Shown: in pieces, positions 19,093-27,964 of the stretch | Layout of the letters: each line of letters begins with the position of its first letter | How positions within the stretch are numbered: position 1 is the first letter of the stretch | Origin: an uncultured virus (IMG/VR IMGVR_UViG_3300033075_001676) | Taxonomy: Duplodnaviria > Heunggongvirae > Uroviricota > Caudoviricetes | Direction: 5' to 3' (one strand) | DNA: 61,032 bases | Virus record (IMG/VR): IMGVR_UViG_3300033075_001676 | Translations under genes and position numbers: made by a program | Notes under the pieces: model-generated | Told to the model about the DNA's origin: nothing | Databases searched by the model: none | Seen by the model: the letters and a program-made list of their open reading frames with translations, nothing else

Positions 19093-20624
19093 TGAATACA
19101 AGATTTAATCAGAATCAAATACCTGTTATTAATCTAGCTGGAACTGGAGTTAGTGGCTTACTTCCAATTAATTATGTTAATATTGGATTAGCAACTACTT
19201 CATCAACAGGTCTTTTGTCTAATACAGATTGGACAACATTCAACAATAAAGGTACTTTTACTTTACCATCTTTAACTGCTGGCTCAATACTTTTCTCAAA
19301 TGGTAGTACTATATCTCAAAATAATGCTAATCTTTTTTGGGATGATTCAAATAATAGATTAGGTATAGGGACAGCTGCTCCAGCTACTCCTTTACATATT
19401 TTAGGGGCGTATCCACAGTTTCGTATTTCAAATGCAGGGGGAGATGTTGGTATTTCAATGCTATCTGGAGCAACTTTTGTTGGAGGATTCGCATTTGACA
19501 GTGGATCTACTGTAACTTCATTTTATGGTCCAATTACAGGTAACGGAGCTATAAATATAAATGGAAGTGACTTAATATCTATAGGAGCTTTTGCTCCTAT
19601 TACTGGAGTAAAGGTTGCAGTACGTTCCACCGGTGAACAACTAAGATTAGGGTATGACAGCTCAAATTATGCCTCATTTACAGTATCATCGGGCGGCGAT
19701 CTAACTATAGTTCCTACAGGAGGAGATGCATCTATTACTGGAAACTTAGGTATTACAGGAACAGTTACAGGATCTAATCTTTCTGGAACTAACACTGGAG
19801 ATCAAACTATTACTCTTACTGGTGATGTTTCTGGCTCAGGTATTGGAAGCTTTACAACTACTATAGCAGCCTCAACTATTTTAGCTAAAACTTTAACAGG
19901 TTATGCTTCTGGGACTAGTATAAGTCCAATAACAAGTTCAGACACTATCTTACAAGGTCTTCAAAAAGTAGAATCAGATTTCAATTCTAGAATCACTTAT
20001 GCAGGTAATTCTACATATTTAGTATATGTTCATGACTGTGACAATAGTTCATGCATTACTACATCGGCATCTACTGTATCTTATTCAGCTGGAACTGCTG
20101 GGCATCCTGGAACTATTACTATGACTTCCCCGGCCACCCAATATAATCAAGCTAGATTTAATTGGGGTCAAAATGTTCAGGTTATACCATTTTGGATAGA
20201 TGACTTTCAAAGAATTACCTGGGTATTCAAGTATGATTCCGTAACTGACATTCAAGGCTGGTTTGGAATATATGGCACTACTGGTGGACCTACTAGTGAT
20301 CAAAACCAGAATTATTCAATTTTAATGTATGTTTCTAATACTACAATTACCTTTCAAGCTAATACAACTAGTACTTCTTCACTTAGTTGTGCTACTGCTT
20401 GTGCAGCTAATACTTGGTTTAAATGTGATATTATAAGAAACAGTACCACATCTGTAAGTCTGTGGATAAATGATACTCTTCAAAATACATTTACAACAAA
20501 TGTACCCTCAGGTCAAGCATGTGGAGTTGGTGGTAGATTGATGACCCTTGCAAATCCAGGAGCTAAAACCTGGACCATGGATTATTTAGAAATGATCTGG
20601 ACCCCAACAACTGCTAGGTATTAA
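19092..20624 (+). CDS. Tail fibre / receptor-binding protein
   Basis: GLLSNTDWTTFNNK, NLFWDDSNNRLGIGT, NLSGTNTGDQTITLTGDV; lectin-like C-terminus. Confidence 0.75.
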   Translation: MNTRFNQNQIPVINLAGTGVSGLLPINYVNIGLATTSSTGLLSNTDWTTFNNKGTFTLPSLTAGSILFSNGSTISQNNANLFWDDSNNRLGIGTAAPATPLHILGAYPQFRISNAGGDVGISMLSGATFVGGFAFDSGSTVTSFYGPITGNGAININGSDLISIGAFAPITGVKVAVRSTGEQLRLGYDSSNYASFTVSSGGDLTIVPTGGDASITGNLGITGTVTGSNLSGTNTGDQTITLTGDVSGSGIGSFTTTIAASTILAKTLTGYASGTSISPITSSDTILQGLQKVESDFNSRITYAGNSTYLVYVHDCDNSSCITTSASTVSYSAGTAGHPGTITMTSPATQYNQARFNWGQNVQVIPFWIDDFQRITWVFKYDSVTDIQGWFGIYGTTGGPTSDQNQNYSILMYVSNTTITFQANTTSTSSLSCATACAANTWFKCDIIRNSTTSVSLWINDTLQNTFTTNVPSGQACGVGGRLMTLANPGAKTWTMDYLEMIWTPTTARY

Positions 20625-21991
20625 AGACTTCCAATTCCTCTAGTATCTCCACTAGAAGTAGTTGTAGATGTAGTTCCTGCAACTCCACTGGAGCCTCCAA
20701 GAATACCTAAAGGTTTTGGAAACTGGGCTGACTCTGTGCCATAATCAAATCCAGTATCATCAGGCATGTAGCCAGCAGCTTTCCAAACTGCATTATTCCA
20801 AACTGTAGGATAGCTTGAACCAGCTACAGCAGAAAAGTCTAAGAATTGGCCTGGGTATTCTTTATTCCAATAACCTTCCCTTGAGGTTGGGTAAATACAT
20901 CTACCTATCTTGTTAGCGGTTAAAATTCTAGACATGTATCTATACCATCTTTGATGGGATGGTATATCTCTACTTCCAAATGAAGTTCCATATTCACCCA
21001 TAAGAAGGGGAACTTGATTTCTTCTAGCCCAGTCAATTGCAGGTTGGAGAGATGCTCGCATAGCAGTCTCATGGTTCTCTGTAAAATAATATCCGGAAAC
21101 TGCTATAGCTACATAATCAGCAGTACCTCTATAAGTTGCTAATAATCCACTAGCACTATTCCACCAAGATACTGTAGGTGGGAATATAATATTGGTATAG
21201 TATTGAAGATTGTCCCAGTTAGCATCTCCAGCTAAGAAACTTGCTCCACCATGAGTAAATACAAAAGGCTCATAGGAATGGATTTCATAAATTATCTTAC
21301 CATAAGGTAAGGGAGTCATTGGATCTAGGCCTCTTGCACCTGAGTATTCCAGACCAGGAACTACACACCATACATTGGAATCTCTAGCCTGGACTGCAGC
21401 TACGGCCGAAGCCATCATATTGTAAAAGGTAGAGGCACTAGCATTATTATAAGTAAAGATAGCTTCATTAATTATATTATATGCAGAGTAATATCCTCTC
21501 AATTGAAAAGCTAGTTGGTCCCAGAATTCAACAAATTTAGCTCTTGCAGTTGCGTCAGTTTTAAGCATATTAACCCAACCTGAACTAGCACTGTTGATAT
21601 TACCATGCCATGCATCTAAAACTAGATTGGACATTCCTGAAGCAACACAAATGCTACTTAATAATTTAAGATTATCAATTTGAGCTGTTACAAATCCAGT
21701 GGCAGCCGAAGATGTTAAAGTATACCATGTAGGCCAAATCTTATCAAACTCAATTGGAATTCTAAGAGATTTAACTCCTCGAGCCTGTAATTGACCTATA
21801 ATTCCACTAGCGGGATTTCCGCCAACTGCAGATGCCCCTAATAAAAAAGTAAGTCTAGGTCCACTAGCAGATTGAGCTGCAGTTTCTAGTAAAAAACAGT
21901 TAAAGTTAAAGCCATAGTCAACAAAGCCGGGACAAGCAACCGGCTTCATTGAATCTAAAGGAGTAATAGCTGTAGGCCTAGATCTAATCAT
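20621..21991 (-). CDS. Glycoside hydrolase family 5 (cellulase-like)
   Basis: LRIPI, VLDAWH, acid/base IINEA, HSYEPFVFTHGGA, nucleophile MGEYG. Confidence 0.85.
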   Translation of the reverse strand: MIRSRPTAITPLDSMKPVACPGFVDYGFNFNCFLLETAAQSASGPRLTFLLGASAVGGNPASGIIGQLQARGVKSLRIPIEFDKIWPTWYTLTSSAATGFVTAQIDNLKLLSSICVASGMSNLVLDAWHGNINSASSGWVNMLKTDATARAKFVEFWDQLAFQLRGYYSAYNIINEAIFTYNNASASTFYNMMASAVAAVQARDSNVWCVVPGLEYSGARGLDPMTPLPYGKIIYEIHSYEPFVFTHGGASFLAGDANWDNLQYYTNIIFPPTVSWWNSASGLLATYRGTADYVAIAVSGYYFTENHETAMRASLQPAIDWARRNQVPLLMGEYGTSFGSRDIPSHQRWYRYMSRILTANKIGRCIYPTSREGYWNKEYPGQFLDFSAVAGSSYPTVWNNAVWKAAGYMPDDTGFDYGTESAQFPKPLGILGGSSGVAGTTSTTTSSGDTRGIGSL

Positions 21992-23172
21992 TATCTTACA
22001 AGTTCAATAACCCCAGCACATCTTGCATAACATTCAATCCAAGGAACTGCTGTTATAGCTGAAGATGTGAAGGAGATTGGAGAGACATCACTTTCAACAA
22101 CATAAGCTGCATCATTAAATACATAGGACCCACCAGCAATGTAGGAGTTATACATATTTTGATTTTGAAGTGAGCTGTTTACTTGGATTCTCCAGCCATT
22201 CGAAACATCTCCACCTTCAGCTCTAATGACCCAAGCAGTCCAAGTATTAGCTCTAATAGTATCTTGGCCACTAAAGAAGAAAGTAATCCATTCATGATGG
22301 TTTAGGGCTGTAGTTGCAGCCGTGCGATCATCTCTAGCAGTATTAACACTTCTAGCAACCAAAGTTGGGGCTGTTGGAGTTCCTTGATATACTTCAGCTA
22401 CTAGGTTACCTCTTGAAGCTAAAGTTCCAGTACCAACTGCTACAGCTCTCATTTGAACAGGTGCAATATCATCTTTAGGAAAATGAGCCCACCCTACTGA
22501 TCTTTTAGTTCCATTATCATGTAAAGTAAATGCATAGGCTGTATTAGATGTTGGACCATAGTCTTCAAATCTAATTGGGAAGCCCATTCTACCTGAAGCA
22601 TAGCCTGTGAGAGTTGAACAAGTAAAGTAAACTGGAAGAGCTCCATTACCTTGTTTATAAAAAGTAGCTCCACCATCATTAGACAAAAACCAACCTATGT
22701 CTGATAAAGTTGTGTTTTGATAGTTAGTTAAAAGAAAATATCCAGTAGGTGCATTAGAAAAAGTATTTTTAATTTCTAAAGCATAGAATCCAGGTGTACT
22801 AACATAACCAGATAAAGAGCTTCCTAAAGTTTGCCAGGAATACTCAGAAGGAGTTACTGATCCAGAACAAACCACACTTCCTGAAGAGGGGACTCTTGTT
22901 ACTGGATTAAATGGCATTAATCTCCATTGGAGAGTACCTTTAGTTCCAGCACCCCCACCTTCAATATACATGTTCACCGATGTTACATAAGAAGGTCTAT
23001 CAAAATACATGTAATGGTACATAACCATTGCAGTAGAACTCATTGCTATGGAGTTGATAGTTCTATTCCCAGTAATAGATGGGAATACTGAGAACATAGG
23101 TAATTTAGAGCCTACAAAGTATCTTTTGATACTTGGAGTATAGTCGGATCTTAAAATAAAATTATTGCCCAT
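21991..23172 (-). CDS. Putative virion beta-sandwich protein
   Basis: Beta/aromatic and Ser/Thr-rich; translationally coupled to the GH5 gene. Confidence 0.5.
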   Translation of the reverse strand: MGNNFILRSDYTPSIKRYFVGSKLPMFSVFPSITGNRTINSIAMSSTAMVMYHYMYFDRPSYVTSVNMYIEGGGAGTKGTLQWRLMPFNPVTRVPSSGSVVCSGSVTPSEYSWQTLGSSLSGYVSTPGFYALEIKNTFSNAPTGYFLLTNYQNTTLSDIGWFLSNDGGATFYKQGNGALPVYFTCSTLTGYASGRMGFPIRFEDYGPTSNTAYAFTLHDNGTKRSVGWAHFPKDDIAPVQMRAVAVGTGTLASRGNLVAEVYQGTPTAPTLVARSVNTARDDRTAATTALNHHEWITFFFSGQDTIRANTWTAWVIRAEGGDVSNGWRIQVNSSLQNQNMYNSYIAGGSYVFNDAAYVVESDVSPISFTSSAITAVPWIECYARCAGVIELVR

Positions 23173-23546
23173 TATGGTAACTCACTAAGCAGGCCGGCAT
23201 CTACTCCAGGTACTCTACAGGCCTTTGTAGAATCAGCTGTAAACCTAACTGCAGCTGTAGTAGGATTAATATTTCGAGTATAGAGCATAGACTCTGTTGA
23301 TTTAAATCTTACATCAATAAGGCCAGTTGGAATTGCTGAGCTGCCAGTAGTTGATGTCCAAATAGATCTAAAGGTAACAAAGTTTGAATCTGCAAAAGTA
23401 TAAGAATAACTAGCAGACATGTCAAGCCCATCTGTAGTTAAGCCAGTAAAGTAGATAGTAAGAGACTTTCCAGCCTCCTTAGCTAAACTTAAACTGAAGA
23501 TTTTTTGATTCCCAAGAATAGGAGCTGTAGGTACTTTAATAGCCAT
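23172..23546 (-). CDS. Hypothetical (probably virion) protein
   Basis: Coupled ORF with a TSTTGSSA patch. Confidence 0.5.
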   Translation of the reverse strand: MAIKVPTAPILGNQKIFSLSLAKEAGKSLTIYFTGLTTDGLDMSASYSYTFADSNFVTFRSIWTSTTGSSAIPTGLIDVRFKSTESMLYTRNINPTTAAVRFTADSTKACRVPGVDAGLLSELP

Positions 23547-23570
23547 AATAAACTCTATACTAATAGAGGC

Positions 23571-24155
23571 TTAAGTATAGTGCTTATTAAATTTATCTTT
23601 CAAAGATTCAGGAATATTTTTGACTTTTGAACCATCTAAAATTGCTTGGACTGCAATCCACTCTTCTTCATTAAGATCTTCCATAAATAAATCCATAGTA
23701 ATCTCATCATCAAAACAAGGTGTTATAGGTTCTCCAGTAAGATCATCCCAATTAACAACATTTTTAGGTTCTTTAATCATCTTTGCAATTAATTCCTTAA
23801 AGCAAATAACAATTGTTGAAGCTAAATTAGTTTCACATTTTTCAATAGCATTATAAACTGCTAATTGGCCAGTACTGAATAGTTCATCTTTATCAAAAAG
23901 AGTTAAATCATACTTAAGACCTGCTGCTATTCTTGTTAATGGAACTGATTTGCTAGCAAACATTTGTAAGAATGTTTTTTGATATGAAGAAAAATAGTTA
24001 GGCCTGCCTGTAAGACAGACCTGAACTAAAGTTGCAATTAGTCTTTGAAATCTAAAGACCAGCTCATCTCGAGCAACTATATCTCCTGCTCGAGCTTTGT
24101 CGAGCAGGATAGGTACTTCTAGAGGATCAAATTTTTGGGTATTTTTTTTAGCCAT
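23571..24155 (-). CDS. Divergent sigma-70-family-like protein
   Basis: LLDKARAGDIVARDELVFRFQRLI (region 1.2/2.1), DELFSTGQLAVYNAIEK (2.2), LNEEEWIAV (start of region 4). Confidence 0.6.
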   Translation of the reverse strand: MAKKNTQKFDPLEVPILLDKARAGDIVARDELVFRFQRLIATLVQVCLTGRPNYFSSYQKTFLQMFASKSVPLTRIAAGLKYDLTLFDKDELFSTGQLAVYNAIEKCETNLASTIVICFKELIAKMIKEPKNVVNWDDLTGEPITPCFDDEITMDLFMEDLNEEEWIAVQAILDGSKVKNIPESLKDKFNKHYT

Positions 24156-24158
24156 TCA

Positions 24159-25253
24159 TTAATTCTTTCTCCTTCGCATTCCAGATTTACCATATGAAAC
24201 AGGTTCGTATGTTTCATAATCTGGTTCAGGTTTAGCAGATCTAATTGTTTTAGGCTGAATGATTCTAGCATCATTACCTATAATTCTTCGGATCTCAGGC
24301 TCAACTTTGCCACCAGCTAGATAGACATCAATAGCTTCAGTTACATTAGCATAGACTGCTACCTCATCAAAAGAAAGTAGTTCTACTACAATATCAAAAG
24401 TAGGTTCCCACTTTCTCTCTGAGACTGTTTTAGTTGTTTGTCTCATTTTAGCATTCTCATCAGACAAAGTAACTGTATTAATTCCACCTAACAATGAAGC
24501 TAAGGGAGGGTTTTTAATAATGTCTTCAATCTTTCTACCATGAGCTGTAGCAATTAATTGAACCCCTCTTTGGCCGATAGTTCTTGCAGCCTCAGCTTCT
24601 TGAGAAGTAGAAATTTCATCTACAATCATGACCTGAGGAAAGTGAGACTCAAGAGCAAATAACATTGTATCAACTTGATACTTATTATCTGGAACTTGAA
24701 ACCTTCTAGCTTTTCCTAAACTAAAGTGAGCTGGATTAGATTCTCCACCAAGTTCTGAGGATTTGTCAACAACAATTACTCGTCTGGATTGGATTACTGA
24801 GAGTTCAAAAGCTATTTGTCTAAGCATTGAACTTTTACCTCTACCTGGGGGAGCAACAATCAATACAGATTTAGTTGAATGTAGTAAATCTTCAATTAAG
24901 GTAGGTTTGTTTGTCAAATATCTACCAATTCTAAATGTAAATCCAATAGTATTATTTTCTCTATCTGAGACTTTGGAAATTCTATGAAGGGTGCCTGGAA
25001 TTCCAATTCTACCATCATATTTAAATTTACCTAAGTTTTTCTCAATCTCCTTAAGATCCTCAGCAGTAATAACATAATCTAGCTCTGTAGTGTTAGTGAA
25101 ATCTCGATATGAAATTTCTCTACCAAGATCTGTAACTATCTCTAAGATATTTTTAGATTCTTGATAGGAAGGTAAAAACTTTTGAATGTCTTTAGGAAAC
25201 ACTGTAATAAGCTGATTGTACTCAGCGGTCAATCTATGCTCAAGATCGTGCAT
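24159..25253 (-). CDS. Ycf45/SpoIIIAA-like AAA+ ATPase
   Basis: DLGR, RIGIPGTLHRIS, APPGRGKS, VDKSSELGG, IVDEIST, LIATAHG; GGAGG RBS favours ATG 25253. Confidence 0.85.
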   Translation of the reverse strand: MHDLEHRLTAEYNQLITVFPKDIQKFLPSYQESKNILEIVTDLGREISYRDFTNTTELDYVITAEDLKEIEKNLGKFKYDGRIGIPGTLHRISKVSDRENNTIGFTFRIGRYLTNKPTLIEDLLHSTKSVLIVAPPGRGKSSMLRQIAFELSVIQSRRVIVVDKSSELGGESNPAHFSLGKARRFQVPDNKYQVDTMLFALESHFPQVMIVDEISTSQEAEAARTIGQRGVQLIATAHGRKIEDIIKNPPLASLLGGINTVTLSDENAKMRQTTKTVSERKWEPTFDIVVELLSFDEVAVYANVTEAIDVYLAGGKVEPEIRRIIGNDARIIQPKTIRSAKPEPDYETYEPVSYGKSGMRRRKN

Positions 25254-25306
25254 AGAAGCCTCCACTAGCCAAAACAATAATGTTCATTTATTTAGCTTCT
25301 CACTTA

Positions 25307-25345
25307 GAAAAATAGCCAAGCCAACTGACTAAGCTGACTTGACTA
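25307..25345 (-). terminator. Intrinsic terminator after endolysin
   Basis: Minus-strand TAGTCAAGTCAGC/GTTGGCTTGGCTA stem with G-U pairs, then TTTTT. Confidence 0.7.
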
Positions 25346-25387
25346 AAAATCACTCAGACTCTATTCCATTAGAAAAAGCATCTGCTC

Positions 25388-26257
25388 TTAAATAGAGCGA
25401 GTCAACTTAATCAATTTTTTACTGGAATCTATATGAAGACCAATCTTAAAAAAATTAGAAAGATCCCTTAGAAAAACCCAAGCGCTACCATTGGCATCAA
25501 GATCGGCCACACTCATCACAGTTCCTTCATTCTTATACTTAAGAGTTAAAGATTTATGGTCCTGGGATAAAGTTATTTGCGTAGAAGGATAATATTTATT
25601 AATAAAACTTCTAGCTTGAATAATAGGTCTTCCATCTAATTCTAGAACTGGAATATATTCACTTCCTTCAAAGTAGACTTTCCATGAGGCCGCTACAGGC
25701 TCTGATTCATCAGATGAGTGCCTATTCCCACTAATCAATTCAATTGCTTCAGATTTGTCTTGTATAGCTAAGCCGGGGCAAGTCTTAGACGTCTTAGGAT
25801 CATCTCGATGGAAACGCAAGGTTTTAGCAGCTACTCCAATCTTTTCATCCATGATAGCAATACATTCACAAGCTAAATGAAAGATTTTTTGACCTCTTGC
25901 AGAATAAAACTCAGAATGTGAATCAAAGTTGCCTAGCATCTCTAGACCCCATGAATTATGATTAAAAGAGACAGCATGTACTCCTCTCTTATCAAGTCTC
26001 TGAAAAACAATGATCCCATCAGACCTATCATCAATAAAGATATGAGGAGCTCCATTCCAGCCTAAAGTTTCTTGATAATAATGCAACAAATTTTGAAGAT
26101 GTTGCTCTGAGAATCCAGTTGGGCGCTGAGCCAAACTAGGAGCGGCAGTATGATGCATTGTTACAAACTCTGGTTTAAAGTTTGTAAAATTAATTGTTTT
26201 AATATACTCCTTAAATGCTTCAGGAGTGAATCTTTTACCTACAAATGGAATGGACAT
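25388..26257 (-). CDS. N-acetylmuramoyl-L-alanine amidase (endolysin) with C-terminal binding domain
   Basis: HHTAAP, GVHAVSFN, GLEMLGNF, FHRD..KTCPG; C-terminal AWVFLRDL resembles copper-amine-oxidase-N-like domains. Confidence 0.85.
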   Translation of the reverse strand: MSIPFVGKRFTPEAFKEYIKTINFTNFKPEFVTMHHTAAPSLAQRPTGFSEQHLQNLLHYYQETLGWNGAPHIFIDDRSDGIIVFQRLDKRGVHAVSFNHNSWGLEMLGNFDSHSEFYSARGQKIFHLACECIAIMDEKIGVAAKTLRFHRDDPKTSKTCPGLAIQDKSEAIELISGNRHSSDESEPVAASWKVYFEGSEYIPVLELDGRPIIQARSFINKYYPSTQITLSQDHKSLTLKYKNEGTVMSVADLDANGSAWVFLRDLSNFFKIGLHIDSSKKLIKLTRSI

Positions 26258-26520
26258 TGATCTATATCTTTTTTAATTTGCTTAAGTGTATGGATTAACA
26301 GATCTAAAGTAAGTTCTGTAGAGGTAGTAATACCATAATATACTGGAAATTCTTGGCCCTCAGCTATTTGAATCCATTTTGTATTAGCTAATACATATCT
26401 TTTAATTTTAGAATCTTTAGTAGAAGCAGTATGTTTAATAACCACAAACATGAAAGAATCTCTAAAATGGTTCCTAATCAACCTAATTACAGTTCCGTTA
26501 TACTTAAAATCTAATTCCAT
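26239..26520 (-). CDS. Hypothetical protein
   Basis: Coupled ORF. Confidence 0.5.
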   Translation of the reverse strand: MELDFKYNGTVIRLIRNHFRDSFMFVVIKHTASTKDSKIKRYVLANTKWIQIAEGQEFPVYYGITTSTELTLDLLIHTLKQIKKDIDQCPFHL

Positions 26521-27116
26521 TATGGCTGATACAACATACTTTCACCAGCAGGCTTAATCTTAGTAGCTTCTGCTTGGCCCAATTGTTCCATCACATGAAG
26601 AAGCAAGAATAAGATTCTCTTCTCAGCAGGGGAAGGATTAATAGGCACACCCTTAGCTCTAAGACTCTGAGTCAAGCCAACAGATTCATCCCAACTAGAA
26701 AGAAACATATTTTCTCTAGTTTTTACAGTGATAGGTCGAATAAATTGGAAGCTTTCTGGAACAGGATTACCCTCTGGAATCTCAAATTGTTCAATAGGAG
26801 CATTTCTAACTAGAATGGCTTCCTTACAGAACTTAGAGAAATCTTCCTCAACTTTATCTCGACTATAGCCAACCGGAGGATTTTCTGGATCTGTAAAAGA
26901 GTTAGGCAGTTTCATGTTCTGCAAGGTCTCTGAGACTAGAGTAGCCAGATCTTCAGGAACTACAAACTCATCAACTCTATCACCCTGATCCCAAGCTTGA
27001 AGGATCGGAACAGCTAAAGTTTCCATAAGCCAGGCAGCTCGCTCTTCTTCGCTGAGCTTCCAAATGAACCATTCATTGTACTTAGTTTGGGTTAGACTTG
27101 TCTCGGTTATTAACAT
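26520..27116 (-). CDS. Hypothetical protein
   Basis: 198-aa ORF in an operon. Confidence 0.6.
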   Translation of the reverse strand: MLITETSLTQTKYNEWFIWKLSEEERAAWLMETLAVPILQAWDQGDRVDEFVVPEDLATLVSETLQNMKLPNSFTDPENPPVGYSRDKVEEDFSKFCKEAILVRNAPIEQFEIPEGNPVPESFQFIRPITVKTRENMFLSSWDESVGLTQSLRAKGVPINPSPAEKRILFLLLHVMEQLGQAEATKIKPAGESMLYQP

Positions 27117-27216
27117 CTTTTTTCTTCTTTTTTTTCTTACTTACTTTGATGGCTTCATCAAGATCTTTCATAGTCTCAATTTTACCATCTTTACCTACAA
27201 ATTTAATTTCTTCCAT
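27082..27216 (-). CDS. 44-aa lysine-rich peptide (not in ORF track)
   Basis: MEEIKFVGKDGKIETMKDLDEAIKVSKKKKKKKDVNNRDKSNPN; bridges the gap and overlaps both neighbours. Confidence 0.5.
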   Translation of the reverse strand: MEEIKFVGKDGKIETMKDLDEAIKVSKKKKKKKDVNNRDKSNPN

Positions 27217-27721
27217 TGTAAGTGATTCCTTCAATAGGGATTGCATCATGAAAAGATGGAATCCAATTTCCTTTGTTAATTGTTAAACTAATAACTTGAT
27301 CCGCATTCTTTTCAACAATTAACTGATAGATGTCTTGCTTCTCTTCCAACTCAGCCTCTTTAAGAAAAGAGTTAAGTTCAAACTTCATTACATTTTTAAA
27401 GTTTACTAAGAACAAAAATAAAGCTTGACTGTGCTCTCCTGGAAAAGAGAATCTATAATGTTCATTAGTTCCTTTAATTGAACTATCCATTAGATTAAGT
27501 AAATCATTTAGATTACCAAAGTCTATGTCATCAATGACTTTATTAGATTCTATTTCTACTAAATTTGATAAGGGCTCTGTTACAACAAGAATACCTTTCT
27601 TTTGGAGTTTAACAGTGAACTCCATGATCTCATTTTTAGGACCCCAGCCTCCATCACATAAAAGAGTGCCATCCCATTTAAAAGGTTCTATATATTGTTT
27701 GACAAATTCTTTAATAGACAT
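27203..27721 (-). CDS. Hypothetical protein
   Basis: 172-aa ORF. Confidence 0.6.
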   Translation of the reverse strand: MSIKEFVKQYIEPFKWDGTLLCDGGWGPKNEIMEFTVKLQKKGILVVTEPLSNLVEIESNKVIDDIDFGNLNDLLNLMDSSIKGTNEHYRFSFPGEHSQALFLFLVNFKNVMKFELNSFLKEAELEEKQDIYQLIVEKNADQVISLTINKGNWIPSFHDAIPIEGITYNGRN

Positions 27722-27724
27722 TAG

Positions 27725-27964
27725 CTATACAACTATAATAACGTAATTATTGAGCTGAACGATACCTCTGGCGTATTGTTTTCTTGTTAAATCATAGTAG
27801 ATGCTGCTATGTAACAAAGAAGATTTACTAAAGTTCCACTCTTCAGTTGGCATTAATTCTCTATCTAACACATTTGTAGCATTAGGCAAGTAAATGTTTG
27901 CACACTTGGTTTGAATCCAACCATTTTGTTGAGTTTTGGTTAGAGTTGGTTTTTTCTTTTTCAA
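27725..27964 (-). CDS. Hypothetical protein
   Basis: TTG start overlapping the upstream TGA. Confidence 0.45.
   Translation of the reverse strand: MKKKKPTLTKTQQNGWIQTKCANIYLPNATNVLDRELMPTEEWNFSKSSLLHSSIYYDLTRKQYARGIVQLNNYVIIVV

Noticed and set aside
12833..20624. Diversity-generating retroelement or invertase shufflon acting on tail fibres
   Set aside because: No reverse transcriptase or invertase, and no TR/VR pair or flanking inverted repeats seen; the repeats are protein-level only
25240..25287. Mini-ORF MNIIVLASGGFYARS overlapping the ATPase start
   Set aside because: Only 15 codons with a weak RBS; it contains the GGAGG RBS of the ATPase, so likely incidental
27722..27727. TAG of ORF 27725-27964 is in frame with the next ORF (possible readthrough)
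   Set aside because: Single instance with a one-in-three chance of being in frame; the downstream ORF has its own ATG
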